DNA of 64,000 nucleotides from a virus (lineage: Duplodnaviria; Caudoviricetes). Position 1 is the stretch's first letter. Each line of letters starts with the position of its first letter. A program made the translations under genes and the position numbers. The stretch is from positions 128,001 through 192,000 of IMG/VR virus record IMGVR_UViG_3300020375_000001, one strand, 5' to 3'. Below the pieces are notes generated by a model that saw nothing but the letters and a program-made list of their open reading frames with translations, was not told the DNA's origin and did not search any database. Shown here piece after piece: positions 49,227-59,052 of this stretch.

Positions 49227-49826
49227 TTAAGGTTTAAGCACTTTATTTTCAAGCGACCGTACTTTCTCTCGAAGTAAGGCATTGCTTCGCTCAAGTTCTT
49301 GTGTCTTAGCGTAGTCTGATGTACGTTGAGTAACTGCAACTTCACGGCCTGCTTCAATGGCCGGTACGTCACCTGACGACTTCCGACCTAGCAATGGAAT
49401 GCTGTGTAACTCAACTTCTGGTTCCCCGCCTGCAATATCGCTGGCGAGGTTACGCATTTGTTCAATCAGATAATCAGGACTCCAGTGACTACTGATGACA
49501 CCGATATCCACTGAGATAATCAGACGCTGTGGTACGGCTTCCCCCAAGTTAGGGTAAGACGCAATATAGCTGTCTGGTATGTACAGTGTGGGTTGCCCCT
49601 CAGTCATCAAAGCGATGATGTTAATACCGGCTGCTTCATCGGTAAGGTACTTGTCACGACCAATCCCGTTCGCCTCGTACACCTCTTTAAAGACGTCCAT
49701 ACCGCGTTGCTGACATTCTTTAAAGGTTCTAACCGCATGGCACGTATAGTCAACCCCGTCAACCAATGTGAAGGGGTCTCGTACCTGATAGCGACCTGTG
49801 GCGTAGATGGTAGGCGTTAACTGCAT
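49227..49826 (-). CDS. Virion structural protein (gp156-like)
   Basis: TPTIYATGRY..RDPF and LYIPDSYIASYP motifs; synteny. Confidence 0.7.
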   Translation of the reverse strand: MQLTPTIYATGRYQVRDPFTLVDGVDYTCHAVRTFKECQQRGMDVFKEVYEANGIGRDKYLTDEAAGINIIALMTEGQPTLYIPDSYIASYPNLGEAVPQRLIISVDIGVISSHWSPDYLIEQMRNLASDIAGGEPEVELHSIPLLGRKSSGDVPAIEAGREVAVTQRTSDYAKTQELERSNALLREKVRSLENKVLKP

Positions 49827-49836
49827 CGTCTACTCC

Positions 49837-51153
49837 TTACTGTGCTGGCTGAGAAAGCGCTTCGCACGAACGTTTAGTAAGTGCGTGGTACAAGTAGCCA
49901 TCGTAACTAACCGTAATGAATTCTTTACCGGCCCTTTCAGTACGGCTGTAGTCTTCCGGCAGTACAGTGTAATCGTTGTACGTTTCAGCGTGCTTTAACA
50001 GGTTAAAGATAATAGACACCACATCACGGGTACTGACGTTCATACGGTGGAAATCCGTATCCGTTGTCTTAGCCAAAATGTAGTCTGGATACATCTCAGT
50101 AAATGTTGGACTTGGGTCATCGTTAGCGGGTTCATGTGGAACCGCCGACATCACAATACCGCGCCACAGAGTTGGCACCAACACTACCTTGTCCTGGATA
50201 TGTCCAGGAGAGAAATTAGGAGTATAGTCTAAGGCCATCTGTACGATAGCATTCGGTCTAACACTCGATTGATATATATCGTCTTCCAGAGGGTCGTATG
50301 ATTCCAGTGGTGAGTTCCAGTATGGAATAAAGACCATCTCGTTAGGGCTAAAAAGTTCAGGGAGTACCTTAGCCCATGCAGACCGGTCATAGTTACTAAC
50401 CGCAAGAATGTCTTTAACGATTGCTTCACGAATAACATCGATGTTATCGCCCGCACGACCGTAAATTACAATTGCAAAGCTGATAGGTAATGTGATAGTG
50501 GTGTCCGATTGGTCATGCCACGTATAATCCTGACCTTTATTAATTGTAGCCGGTGCATCGCGCTCTATCTGCATTATCTTGGATAACATCTTAGTAGACG
50601 TTGACCCACGCAGTAGCTCACTGACATCGCTGTAGTTACGATGCAGGTCATCAATGTTATCAATTGGGAAAACCGTTTTGATTTGGTATTCATCATATTG
50701 AACACGAAACTCTGCATCGGAGAACCACAGTCTCCAGACACGTCCCGCTGTAGCATAGCGCACTGACGAAGCAAAGTACCCGCCACGGTATTCCACTAGA
50801 TTCCCAATGGAAAATTCTCCCGTCATCCCAATAAAGTGACCTGTAATAGAATCAATGTATGAGGGGAGGTCCGACGGTGCCAGTTTTAAATCGCCGCGAT
50901 TAATAACCCACTCCGCAACCATTTGCATCTCCGCAAGGTCATCTTCTGAGGGGGGTAGGTATACTTCTGGGGCAGCAACATCGTAGCCAGAAAACATATT
51001 CAGTAAAATCTCAGGCGACTCTGCATTAGGGTAGACTTTATTGTCTTGGCTAAAAGAGCGACTGATTTTGCTAAGCTCCCCTACGGGTGCCGTCGCATCG
51101 TTTTCATTGTTGGCGTACGTTGTTACTGAAACGAAAGCCTTATATTCTATCAT
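49837..51153 (-). CDS. Virion structural protein (gp157-like)
   Basis: APVGELSKISRSFS, WFSDAEFRVQYDEY and IYGRAG motifs; synteny. Confidence 0.75.
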   Translation of the reverse strand: MIEYKAFVSVTTYANNENDATAPVGELSKISRSFSQDNKVYPNAESPEILLNMFSGYDVAAPEVYLPPSEDDLAEMQMVAEWVINRGDLKLAPSDLPSYIDSITGHFIGMTGEFSIGNLVEYRGGYFASSVRYATAGRVWRLWFSDAEFRVQYDEYQIKTVFPIDNIDDLHRNYSDVSELLRGSTSTKMLSKIMQIERDAPATINKGQDYTWHDQSDTTITLPISFAIVIYGRAGDNIDVIREAIVKDILAVSNYDRSAWAKVLPELFSPNEMVFIPYWNSPLESYDPLEDDIYQSSVRPNAIVQMALDYTPNFSPGHIQDKVVLVPTLWRGIVMSAVPHEPANDDPSPTFTEMYPDYILAKTTDTDFHRMNVSTRDVVSIIFNLLKHAETYNDYTVLPEDYSRTERAGKEFITVSYDGYLYHALTKRSCEALSQPAQ

Positions 51154-51195
51154 GGACTTAGCTCCAAGCTGGTTAAAATTAAGGGAGGTTTAGCT

Positions 51196-51729
51196 TTGTT
51201 TTCCATACTCGAAAAGCTGCTAGTATTCATACTAGAAGGCGCAAAACCCATGCCTCCTGGGGAGGAAGAGGTTAGCACCCACCAGCAGTCTGCTAAAAAA
51301 AGAACCATGGTGGTTTCTATCGTGGGGATTGTCATCTTTGGCATTGGTTATACTTGGTACGAAGGTTACGTCAAAGGTGACGCAAAAATTGCCAAGATAA
51401 AAGAGTCCCAAAGTAAACAAGTAATCTTTGAACTGAGGCAAGCCAATCAGCGCATCAAAGAAGAACGTATTATTCTAAGTGCTGAAGCTAAAAAGCTCAC
51501 GGATAAAAACACGGAACTTCTACGAGAACGCGATAAACTACGCCTTGAACTTTCAACCGCACTAGCCAATAACCTAGAATCAGAAGAATCCAATCGACGG
51601 TTAATAGAGACACAACGTACTCTTGAACATGAGATTGAGAAACTGCGCCTTCAAATCGATAGCTATGTTAAGGACAATCGCCTTATCTGGGATGAGATTG
51701 TGACGCTAGGTAAAGAGGAGGGTACGTAG
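51196..51729 (+). CDS. Candidate i-spanin (single TM plus coiled coil)
   Basis: TTG start with GGGAGG SD. One TM helix (VVSIVGIVIFGIGYTWY), then a long heptad-rich helix. Confidence 0.6.
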   Translation: MFSILEKLLVFILEGAKPMPPGEEEVSTHQQSAKKRTMVVSIVGIVIFGIGYTWYEGYVKGDAKIAKIKESQSKQVIFELRQANQRIKEERIILSAEAKKLTDKNTELLRERDKLRLELSTALANNLESEESNRRLIETQRTLEHEIEKLRLQIDSYVKDNRLIWDEIVTLGKEEGT

Positions 51730-52286
51730 TGCAACAAATTATAATAATTATAATGCTTACTTTGTTAACCGCATGTGTAAGTATGCCTGATGAAGCAACA
51801 GGTACCATTAATACTAAGGACGGGGAACTGGGTCAGGAATCTTACATTCCTTATCATTACGTTCACACTAATCCACCAAACCCTTTGCTTCCACCCCCAA
51901 CCTTTATTCATTCTAAGAATGGTGAGTATACTTACTACGATGCGAATGAGTTAGAGGCATACGCCGATGCGTTGGTCGCTTACCATAGATACTTGGAGCG
52001 TTACATCGGTTCTATGGAAGGGAGTGATGGTAAACCTATTGTTACCATCGGTGCAGGTAAGTGTCTAGTAGAGTTAGGTAAGATTACTTTACTCAAGCCA
52101 CCACCTAAACGACCAGTACCACCTTCTTTTAGCAGCGTGGAAAAATCGAAAGGTAGCAGTCTAATGGTTAAGCATCTTAATGAAATTGACCGTTGGATTG
52201 AAGATTTAGAAGGTCACCACACCGATACCGTTAGCGAATTCAACCTTCGCTTAAAACGCATAAGGGCAGTGTGTGGGCTAGACTAA
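51729..52286 (+). CDS. Candidate o-spanin lipoprotein
   Basis: Lipobox LLTA-C, Pro-rich tracts, 1-nt overlap with the candidate i-spanin. Confidence 0.65.
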   Translation: MQQIIIIIMLTLLTACVSMPDEATGTINTKDGELGQESYIPYHYVHTNPPNPLLPPPTFIHSKNGEYTYYDANELEAYADALVAYHRYLERYIGSMEGSDGKPIVTIGAGKCLVELGKITLLKPPPKRPVPPSFSSVEKSKGSSLMVKHLNEIDRWIEDLEGHHTDTVSEFNLRLKRIRAVCGLD

Positions 52287-52296
52287 GCGGCATATC

Positions 52297-52316
52297 GAGG
52301 AGGCTTCGGCCTCCTC
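52297..52316. terminator. Bidirectional terminator flanked by inverted TATGCCG motifs
   Basis: GAGGAGGC-TTCG-GCCTCCTC, with CGGCATA (52288) and TATGCCG (52322). Confidence 0.85.
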
Positions 52317-52329
52317 TACTTTATGCCGT

Positions 52330-52662
52330 TTAACCGACGTGTTCGTCAACGAACTCGTTTAACTGGGCTTGTGTTACAGCGCCAATTTTACTACCTACCA
52401 ATTCACCGCCTTTAAACAGTAACATGGCAGGGATACCACGAACGCCGTACTGAGGATGAATTTCTTTGTGTTCATCTACGTTAAGCTTACACACTTTAAC
52501 GTCGTCTCTGTTCTCGGCCATGATGGCAAGGTACGGGGCTACGGCTTTACAAGGACCACACCAAGGTGCCCAAAAGTCAACCAGTACTAATTTATCAGAC
52601 CCTTTAACTTCTTCGTCAAAGTTTGCCTGTGTCCCTGTTAACGTGACAATTTTATCACTCAC
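52330..52662 (-). CDS. trxA: Thioredoxin
   Basis: VLVDFWAPWCGPC and YGVRGIP motifs. Confidence 0.97.
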   Translation of the reverse strand: MSDKIVTLTGTQANFDEEVKGSDKLVLVDFWAPWCGPCKAVAPYLAIMAENRDDVKVCKLNVDEHKEIHPQYGVRGIPAMLLFKGGELVGSKIGAVTQAQLNEFVDEHVG

Positions 52663-52685
52663 TTATTTTTCTCCGGTTATCGTAG

Positions 52686-52976
52686 TTATCTTACTACGCC
52701 CTGCTTTATTTCTACACTACTACGGTAGGCAAGGTTATTGATAAAAGGAATAGCCGCTTCATACGACTCCCAAGTACTACCGATTGCATACGACTGTACC
52801 TTCTTATCGGGGTACATCGAGACATGGAGCTTACAGCGAGAACAACAGCGAGAAGACCCGCTTACATACTTCATGTTCTCCCATCCACCCCAACGGTGTC
52901 CCTTGTCGTGACACTCGGCAATCAAACGCTTATGCTCCCCGTCCATAAACTGGAGGGGAGTTTTAGTTTCGTCCAT
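52686..52976 (-). CDS. Hypothetical protein, possibly Zn-binding
   Basis: C...GH.W...CCSRC..H pattern; TAATG coupling to sbcC. Confidence 0.65.
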   Translation of the reverse strand: MDETKTPLQFMDGEHKRLIAECHDKGHRWGGWENMKYVSGSSRCCSRCKLHVSMYPDKKVQSYAIGSTWESYEAAIPFINNLAYRSSVEIKQGVVR

Positions 52977-55465
52977 TACCCAAACTCCACGTGCTCGTTA
53001 TACTTGCTAGGTACTGTAATGTTTGATTTGTCTACCACACACGTTTCACACGCACCTAGAGAGTTCTGAACTGCATACGCATGTGAGATAGTCCAAAGCT
53101 GACTACAGTGGCTACTATCGATTAAGAGTTTTAAGAACCGTTGTAGGTTCTCTCTATGCTCTTCATCAAAAGAAGACCCTAACTCGTCAGTGTAGAGTGG
53201 ATAATCTTCCATTCCCAAATAAGACATGGCAACCAAGATGAATGCAAAGTCGATGATATCGGCCTGTCCGGTGGAACACATTGCTATATCAGCTTGTGGG
53301 TCACCACCGTCAACGCGCAGTGGAAATTTATAATCCAAATTCTCGCCGTTACCCTTACAGGGCAATACCTCAAGGTCATGTGACCATACTTTGTCAATAA
53401 TCTTGTTTAGCGAATCTGAAAACTGATGGATAAAGCCAAGTAGCTGCTCAGCAATTAGACCAGAGGTGGGAGACAGGGCACTGCTGAGTAATTTCCATAA
53501 TTCCAAATCCTCTTCGAGTATTGCAGACTGTGCTTCCAAGTCACGTAAAATACCGCGCTGGGTTTCTTGTTCTTGGATAGTCTTTGTTACCGTCGCCAAC
53601 TTCTGCTGGTGCAAGGCAATGTCTTCTTGCAGACGAAGCTCCCTCATCGCTTCTAAGCGTTCATTGAACAATTCTTCATAGTCGGCTATCATTTTACTAA
53701 TAGCTTGCTCAGCACGCGTTACAAAGTCCGCACGCTTATGATTCGACTGTAGGTATGTTCTGGTCTTTTCTAATTCTTCCAATGCTTCCATAGCAGCATT
53801 GAGTTTATTGGTAAGACTTGATTCACGCTTGGCTATCGACTCAAGACGACTGTTTACCCCACTGGACTCACCTGCCTTAATAAGCTTTTTCTCTGCATCA
53901 AAAATTTGAGTTTCTAACTCAGAGATTCTACGCATGTTAAGCAGGTCTTGCTCAGCATCCCCTAAGTAGTGCAGTACGTTCATTGGGTCGTTGTATAATA
54001 CTTCGTCTCCAATTACTTCTTTCCACACACCACGAAACATCATGAAACCATTAATGATATTGCGGAAATCCCGCATATTGATTTCACACTGTTCGTAGTT
54101 CTTAGTTTCTTCCTCAAGTGTAGCAATGAGCTTTTCCGATTCCTCGAGGTACTTAACACCCTTCGCAATCTTTTCCTTGAGCTCTTCAGCTTCTTTCTCA
54201 CTGACACCGGGAATGAAGATGTACTTACACTTAGGACATTCCTCTTTCTTCGCCTCTTCGATATCCGAGACACGGTGACGCATTCTATCCAACGCACTCT
54301 CAGCACGAACATGTTGATGCTTCTGTTCAGTGAGCTCTAACACACGTTGGTCATAGGTAGCTCTGTCCATCTGTCCCTTAAAGTCAATAGATGTTTTACC
54401 ATCCAAAAACTTCATGAGTGTATCGCGGACTTCATCCAGTAGAGCGATGTATTCATTATCGAAGTTCATCCAAGAGAAGCGCTCAGACTTACTTTTAAGC
54501 TTCTCCAGTTCCAGCTCAGACTCTTCTTTAATCCTTGCCCACTTTACCGCATCAATGGATTCGTACTGACGTAGGTCTTCCAGCTCCTTTTGTAAGTCAT
54601 CTAACTCACCCATGATGATATCACGGTTAGTCATCAACCCACTACGGCTGCCGTTTAGCTCAGAAAGCTTGTCTTGGTAATCTGCCAAAGAGAAGATGTT
54701 GTGTTCTTCAATTGCCAGTGGTTTAAAAGCCATGTACTCGTCAAGATGTTTATCAACCAAGTTGTGCATTCTTGATGCGTGGTCTTGAAACTGCCTGTCT
54801 ACCTCAGAGAAGTTACGAACCGAAGAATTGGTATAGCCCATCAGTTGCGTTAGTGTAGAGGACAATCTATCCTGAATACCTTTCCACTGATTCCAGTCCT
54901 CTTCCTTCCAAACGTTAGCGGTCTCATTAACCAAGCGTTTATCCAGAACTTTCTTAGCCCCCATGACATCACGTCCCGCTGAGGCCACGCGTTTAAACAA
55001 CCCAATCGCGTACGTCAGGTCAAGTCCAGATATACGAGTCAACATCTCACGACGCTGGGTAGGGTTCATGCGAGTAAACCGTAGTTTACCTAAGAACAAA
55101 TCAACAATCTCTTGGTCTAGACCAAAGTGAATCTTAATCAGTTCTTTTTGCACTGCTCCAGTCTCACCCTCGTTGATGTTCTGACCATCAACAATGAATT
55201 CAAAGGTAGAATTCTTCTTGTGGAAATATTGGCGCGTCTCGTAAATGGAGCTATTGTGTTCTAACTTAACAATTTTCTTCCCACCCACTTTAAAGTCTTT
55301 ACGGTCCGCTACCCAACAGTTAATCTGCTCTTGTAGGCTAGACTTACCGGAACCATTTGTCCCGATGATTAACTGAATCAACTCGGACGCAGTAATCTTG
55401 ATGCTGTTTACTTTATTCAGCTTTAGGCGGTTATACCCTTCGAGGTATACTTCTAATATCTTCAT
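52976..55465 (-). CDS. sbcC: SbcC/Rad50-like SMC ATPase (phiKZ gp165-like)
   Basis: Walker A GTNGSGKS, coiled coil with CPKC Zn hook, signature CSTGQ, Walker B YTDELG, His switch ISH. Confidence 0.95.
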   Translation of the reverse strand: MKILEVYLEGYNRLKLNKVNSIKITASELIQLIIGTNGSGKSSLQEQINCWVADRKDFKVGGKKIVKLEHNSSIYETRQYFHKKNSTFEFIVDGQNINEGETGAVQKELIKIHFGLDQEIVDLFLGKLRFTRMNPTQRREMLTRISGLDLTYAIGLFKRVASAGRDVMGAKKVLDKRLVNETANVWKEEDWNQWKGIQDRLSSTLTQLMGYTNSSVRNFSEVDRQFQDHASRMHNLVDKHLDEYMAFKPLAIEEHNIFSLADYQDKLSELNGSRSGLMTNRDIIMGELDDLQKELEDLRQYESIDAVKWARIKEESELELEKLKSKSERFSWMNFDNEYIALLDEVRDTLMKFLDGKTSIDFKGQMDRATYDQRVLELTEQKHQHVRAESALDRMRHRVSDIEEAKKEECPKCKYIFIPGVSEKEAEELKEKIAKGVKYLEESEKLIATLEEETKNYEQCEINMRDFRNIINGFMMFRGVWKEVIGDEVLYNDPMNVLHYLGDAEQDLLNMRRISELETQIFDAEKKLIKAGESSGVNSRLESIAKRESSLTNKLNAAMEALEELEKTRTYLQSNHKRADFVTRAEQAISKMIADYEELFNERLEAMRELRLQEDIALHQQKLATVTKTIQEQETQRGILRDLEAQSAILEEDLELWKLLSSALSPTSGLIAEQLLGFIHQFSDSLNKIIDKVWSHDLEVLPCKGNGENLDYKFPLRVDGGDPQADIAMCSTGQADIIDFAFILVAMSYLGMEDYPLYTDELGSSFDEEHRENLQRFLKLLIDSSHCSQLWTISHAYAVQNSLGACETCVVDKSNITVPSKYNEHVEFG

Positions 55466-55555
55466 TTTTATAAAACCCTCAAGGCGTTCTATAGTAGAAG
55501 ACCTTGGAGTAATTTTTTAACGGCATAAGTGGACGGTTTCCCGCCCACCTAGAAC

Positions 55556-55795
55556 TTACGCTAACGCTAAAGCCATGTCTGACTCTACGTCGCCAATAAT
55601 ATCACTGTGGGTCATGTGACCTACCAGTCTCTGCAATCTCGCTTTAACGGAACTTTCAGCGGTATCCACCTGTTGAGAAACCAGTACTTGTAAAGTACCC
55701 GATTTATCTACGGCGTCTACCCTTGCGAATGTTTCCTCGCTAATCCAAGACACCGGAACGATATTAACTTCGGGTTGAGAGTTAGCTTTTCTCAC
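55556..55795 (-). CDS. Small hypothetical protein
   Basis: GTG start at 55795 with GGAG SD, overlapping the upstream stop. Confidence 0.5.
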   Translation of the reverse strand: MRKANSQPEVNIVPVSWISEETFARVDAVDKSGTLQVLVSQQVDTAESSVKARLQRLVGHMTHSDIIGDVESDMALALA

Positions 55796-56591
55796 CTTGG
55801 GTATCTCCAATAGTCTCTTGCGCCTTCTGCCTAGCCTCAGCCATTTTCTGTTTATAGAACTTGACAAGGTTTAAACCTTCTGGCGATTCATGTCTAATCA
55901 TGAAGAGTTTGAAAACCAACTCTTCTTCGGTGCGACGCCTGTACTCCAATGCCTCATCTGACATTTCCTTACGCTCCGCATCAGATTCGCGGAACACCAA
56001 GAATTCATCAGTGAACCAGTGAGGTTTCATATTCATACTTTTCCAATTCACCAAGTCTTGATTGATAAGGTGTTGGGAAGTAAACACTTGTTCAGGCTTG
56101 ATGTCTACTGCAGCAAAGCGCTCACGCTTATTAACCATGATACGGGAAAGTACCATGAGTCGCATTAATCCAGCGACGGGCTTTTCAATACTGAGCTCAT
56201 TAAGCTTTCTCTGCTCAGCTTTCCAAATCTCTTCGCGGCCTTTGAGAGGCATTTCTGCTAAAGCTTCAACGCGTAAGAAGAATGCAGTCACCTCATCTGG
56301 GGTTGGTGGTGCAGTGATATCTGGCTCGATACCGTTCATCAACTCTTTAGCAAAAACCCAACCGTTCATTTTTTCAGAGGCTGGCTGGTTTGCAGATTGT
56401 ACGCCGATGATTTCCAACATACGTAAACCTGCTTTGTAAGCTTGCTCGCGATTCTCTCCATCTGGCAGTAAAAGAGTATCCATGATAAGCTTGAAGAACC
56501 TTAGTCGTTGGACTAAAGTTTTGTCAACGTGGTGCGAACACGACTCACCATGAGCATGGTCGTGAGCATGATTGTGGTCATGTGTAGACAT
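55782..56591 (-). CDS. Hypothetical protein with His-rich N-terminus
   Basis: MSTHDHNHAHDHAHGESCSHH. Confidence 0.8.
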   Translation of the reverse strand: MSTHDHNHAHDHAHGESCSHHVDKTLVQRLRFFKLIMDTLLLPDGENREQAYKAGLRMLEIIGVQSANQPASEKMNGWVFAKELMNGIEPDITAPPTPDEVTAFFLRVEALAEMPLKGREEIWKAEQRKLNELSIEKPVAGLMRLMVLSRIMVNKRERFAAVDIKPEQVFTSQHLINQDLVNWKSMNMKPHWFTDEFLVFRESDAERKEMSDEALEYRRRTEEELVFKLFMIRHESPEGLNLVKFYKQKMAEARQKAQETIGDTQGEKS

Positions 56592-56676
56592 TATTAAATC
56601 CTAAATAATTCAGAACGGGTTAGTTTCGTCTATAGTATTATCTAGGCGTGTATTTTTTATAGGCCTATAGCCACCA

Positions 56677-56976
56677 TTAATTAACCTCCTGTCCTAAAAG
56701 CATCCGTAAGTCGTCCGACGACAATACGATATTAAATTCTGACGATGTCTGTTGCGGTGCTAGTACTGCTATCGTTTCCATTAGCTCCTGTTTCCACAGG
56801 CTGTACATATCCTCGACTGCCCTGTCAAAGTCACCAGCGAACACATCTGCGGCAATATCTAAATCTACGTATCCAGTGTCACCGACTACACGTAGCCTTG
56901 CCCGTGGTTCAAATACACTTGGGTCAAGGTTGATAATGCCTTGTACAATTTTAGAAAACTGATTATCTCTATCCAC
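56677..56976 (-). CDS. Hypothetical protein
   Basis: 99 aa; GTG start after GAGG. Confidence 0.55.
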   Translation of the reverse strand: MDRDNQFSKIVQGIINLDPSVFEPRARLRVVGDTGYVDLDIAADVFAGDFDRAVEDMYSLWKQELMETIAVLAPQQTSSEFNIVLSSDDLRMLLGQEVN

Positions 56977-56999
56977 AATAGATACCTCTGTTACATACT

Positions 57000-57600
57000 A
57001 CATTTTTTTAGAGTTATCTCTGGAGGCTCTTATTATTATCAAAAACTTTCCATAGGCCCTCATCCGATAAAGGTGGTAAACAAAAAATACTGGACTCTCT
57101 TAAAATTTGGGGAGGGGAGGAGATTATATAAAATCAATATTAAATCGAGTTATACGAGAGTTAATATTGAATCCTTATTCCTCTCTCTTTAGAGAGAGTA
57201 TTGGTTACAAATTAATCAAGTTAATACGCTATCTTAAGGATAGCTAATTACTAATATTTTTTTATCAATAATTTTACTATATATTATGTCTCACCGAAAA
57301 GAGAAGACACAGAGAGTTCCTATGGTAACTAAGGAATATCGAATCGCCAATAGTCATCGTCCTGCTCTAGTATCCTTAGGGGTATTAGGGTAGGATGGAC
57401 TACCACAAGCATTAGCTCCTCTTGGCGTGGACGCAACCTAGTAAGAAACCCCCCAACAAGTAGTGGTGTTATAACTTACAACTGAGACTCCCTAAGAGTC
57501 TCGTTTGATAGTTAAATAACAAGTAATATTAAGAATTATATAAAAGAATTATATAAATTTTTAAAAAATTTTCGAAAATGTATATTTTTTAACCAAAAAA
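57000..57600. repeat. AT-rich non-coding region with clustered inverted and direct repeats
   Basis: IRs at 57134-57170, 57181-57198, 57228-57244 and 57484-57502. Tandem AAGAATTATATAA x2 at 57531-57556. Confidence 0.75.
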
Positions 57601-57606
57601 AAATAA

Positions 57607-57624
57607 GAGGAGCCGAAGCTCCTC
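57607..57624 (-). terminator. Terminator
   Basis: GAGGAGC-CGAA-GCTCCTC followed by a minus-strand T-run. Confidence 0.8.
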
Positions 57625-57637
57625 AGATTATGTCGTC

Positions 57638-58339
57638 TTACAGAATTTCTTTGGGTGACTGCTCAAGTACGGTGACATTAGATGTCTTAGCTTCTGCAGT
57701 AAAGAAATCCGGATTGATGTATTCCATGTGGTTCTCATGTGTAATGACTACACGTTCATTTTCATGGTTTACGATGGTAGCTTCACCTGGGGCTGGCCAT
57801 TGTTCATCTGACCAGCTTTCTCTGAGGCTCTCAGCAAGCTTGTCACGGCTTTCTTTCTTAAGGTCCATAAAGTCATAGGCTTCATGTGTTTCCCAGTGCA
57901 GGATGGTTGACAGTGGCCTTACTGCCTCACTACCAACCCACTGCTTGACTACTTTACCGCGTTTAAGTAAAGAATTACCCGCAACCAGATAATAGCCGTT
58001 ATCTCGGTTCCTCACCAGTTCCCACGTATACTTACAATGGGCTTCCAACGCAGGACTGAGGATAAGGGGCTCACGTATTGAGCTAGCAAGCCATTTACGG
58101 TTGTCCAGCTTTTCACCAAGCTCCTCAAGAGTGTATTTACCAATCTCAAGACGACCCATGACTTCAATGCTGAAGCCCACGCCTTTGGTGCAGACGTAGT
58201 AACAATTGAAGCGACGTTCCACGTCTGGTGTTCTGTTCAGCAGTTTTACCGAGTACAGTGCATCTGTTGGAATGGGTCCCAATAACGCATCTGCCTGACC
58301 TGGGGTTGATACCAGTTGATTCAGTGTAAATAATGACAT
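57638..58339 (-). CDS. Hypothetical protein
   Basis: 233 aa; AGGAG SD. Confidence 0.8.
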   Translation of the reverse strand: MSLFTLNQLVSTPGQADALLGPIPTDALYSVKLLNRTPDVERRFNCYYVCTKGVGFSIEVMGRLEIGKYTLEELGEKLDNRKWLASSIREPLILSPALEAHCKYTWELVRNRDNGYYLVAGNSLLKRGKVVKQWVGSEAVRPLSTILHWETHEAYDFMDLKKESRDKLAESLRESWSDEQWPAPGEATIVNHENERVVITHENHMEYINPDFFTAEAKTSNVTVLEQSPKEIL

Positions 58340-58404
58340 TTCATTTCTCCTGTTATTTAAGATGTCAATAAGAAAAGAAGGGATAGTAAATTACCCCTGT
58401 CCGA

Positions 58405-59052
58405 TTAAAGTTGTAGTTTATTCAAACGGTATCCAAGTATTGTGGGAAGAGACACTTTTATACCACCAAGCATGAAGTAAATCTCCGTGCCATCTACAGT
58501 GGCGTGGTATATATTAAAGTCCTCGTCTATCACAAAGCCTTTATGGATAAAGGTATAGGGCTTACCCTTACTAACAAACGTAGTTGCTTGGGTACGCAGC
58601 TCCGCTTGAAGGATGGGTAAATGGGGATAGGTGTCTTTAATGCAGTTAAAAACACGTTTATCCTTAGCCCCAATTGGCAGCCCGTCCCATGCCAATAGTT
58701 CGGTGAGTAACTCAGCGCTCCATTCTAGCACGTTATAACTACTCCACTTGTATATTAGCTCCACACAATGCTTATGCACTTTTACTAGTTTACCCGATGT
58801 ATCATCTTCTAGTTCAATGCGATAAGAGTCTTCTAAGGTATTCTTAAGCTTTTCACTTAACTCCACTCTTGTACCGTCATTACTTACAAAAATGCAGGAA
58901 TACGTTTTAAGTAAATAGTCAATTGGGTCCACGTTAGGTTTTACCATCACGCTAGCCTGACTGATTACCACCCCCAGTTTCCTACGCCCTACACGGACTG
59001 GCTGACAACGCCGGTCGTTACCCACCGTTGCAAAAGGTGGAGACGTTAACAT
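58405..59052 (-). CDS. Hypothetical protein
   Basis: 215 aa; overlaps the upstream stop. Confidence 0.7.
   Translation of the reverse strand: MLTSPPFATVGNDRRCQPVRVGRRKLGVVISQASVMVKPNVDPIDYLLKTYSCIFVSNDGTRVELSEKLKNTLEDSYRIELEDDTSGKLVKVHKHCVELIYKWSSYNVLEWSAELLTELLAWDGLPIGAKDKRVFNCIKDTYPHLPILQAELRTQATTFVSKGKPYTFIHKGFVIDEDFNIYHATVDGTEIYFMLGGIKVSLPTILGYRLNKLQL

Noticed and set aside
56941-57192. 83 aa plus-strand ORF in the AT-rich gap
   Set aside because: No SD, aberrant I/Y/K composition, and it overlaps the inverted repeats; probably a chance ORF.
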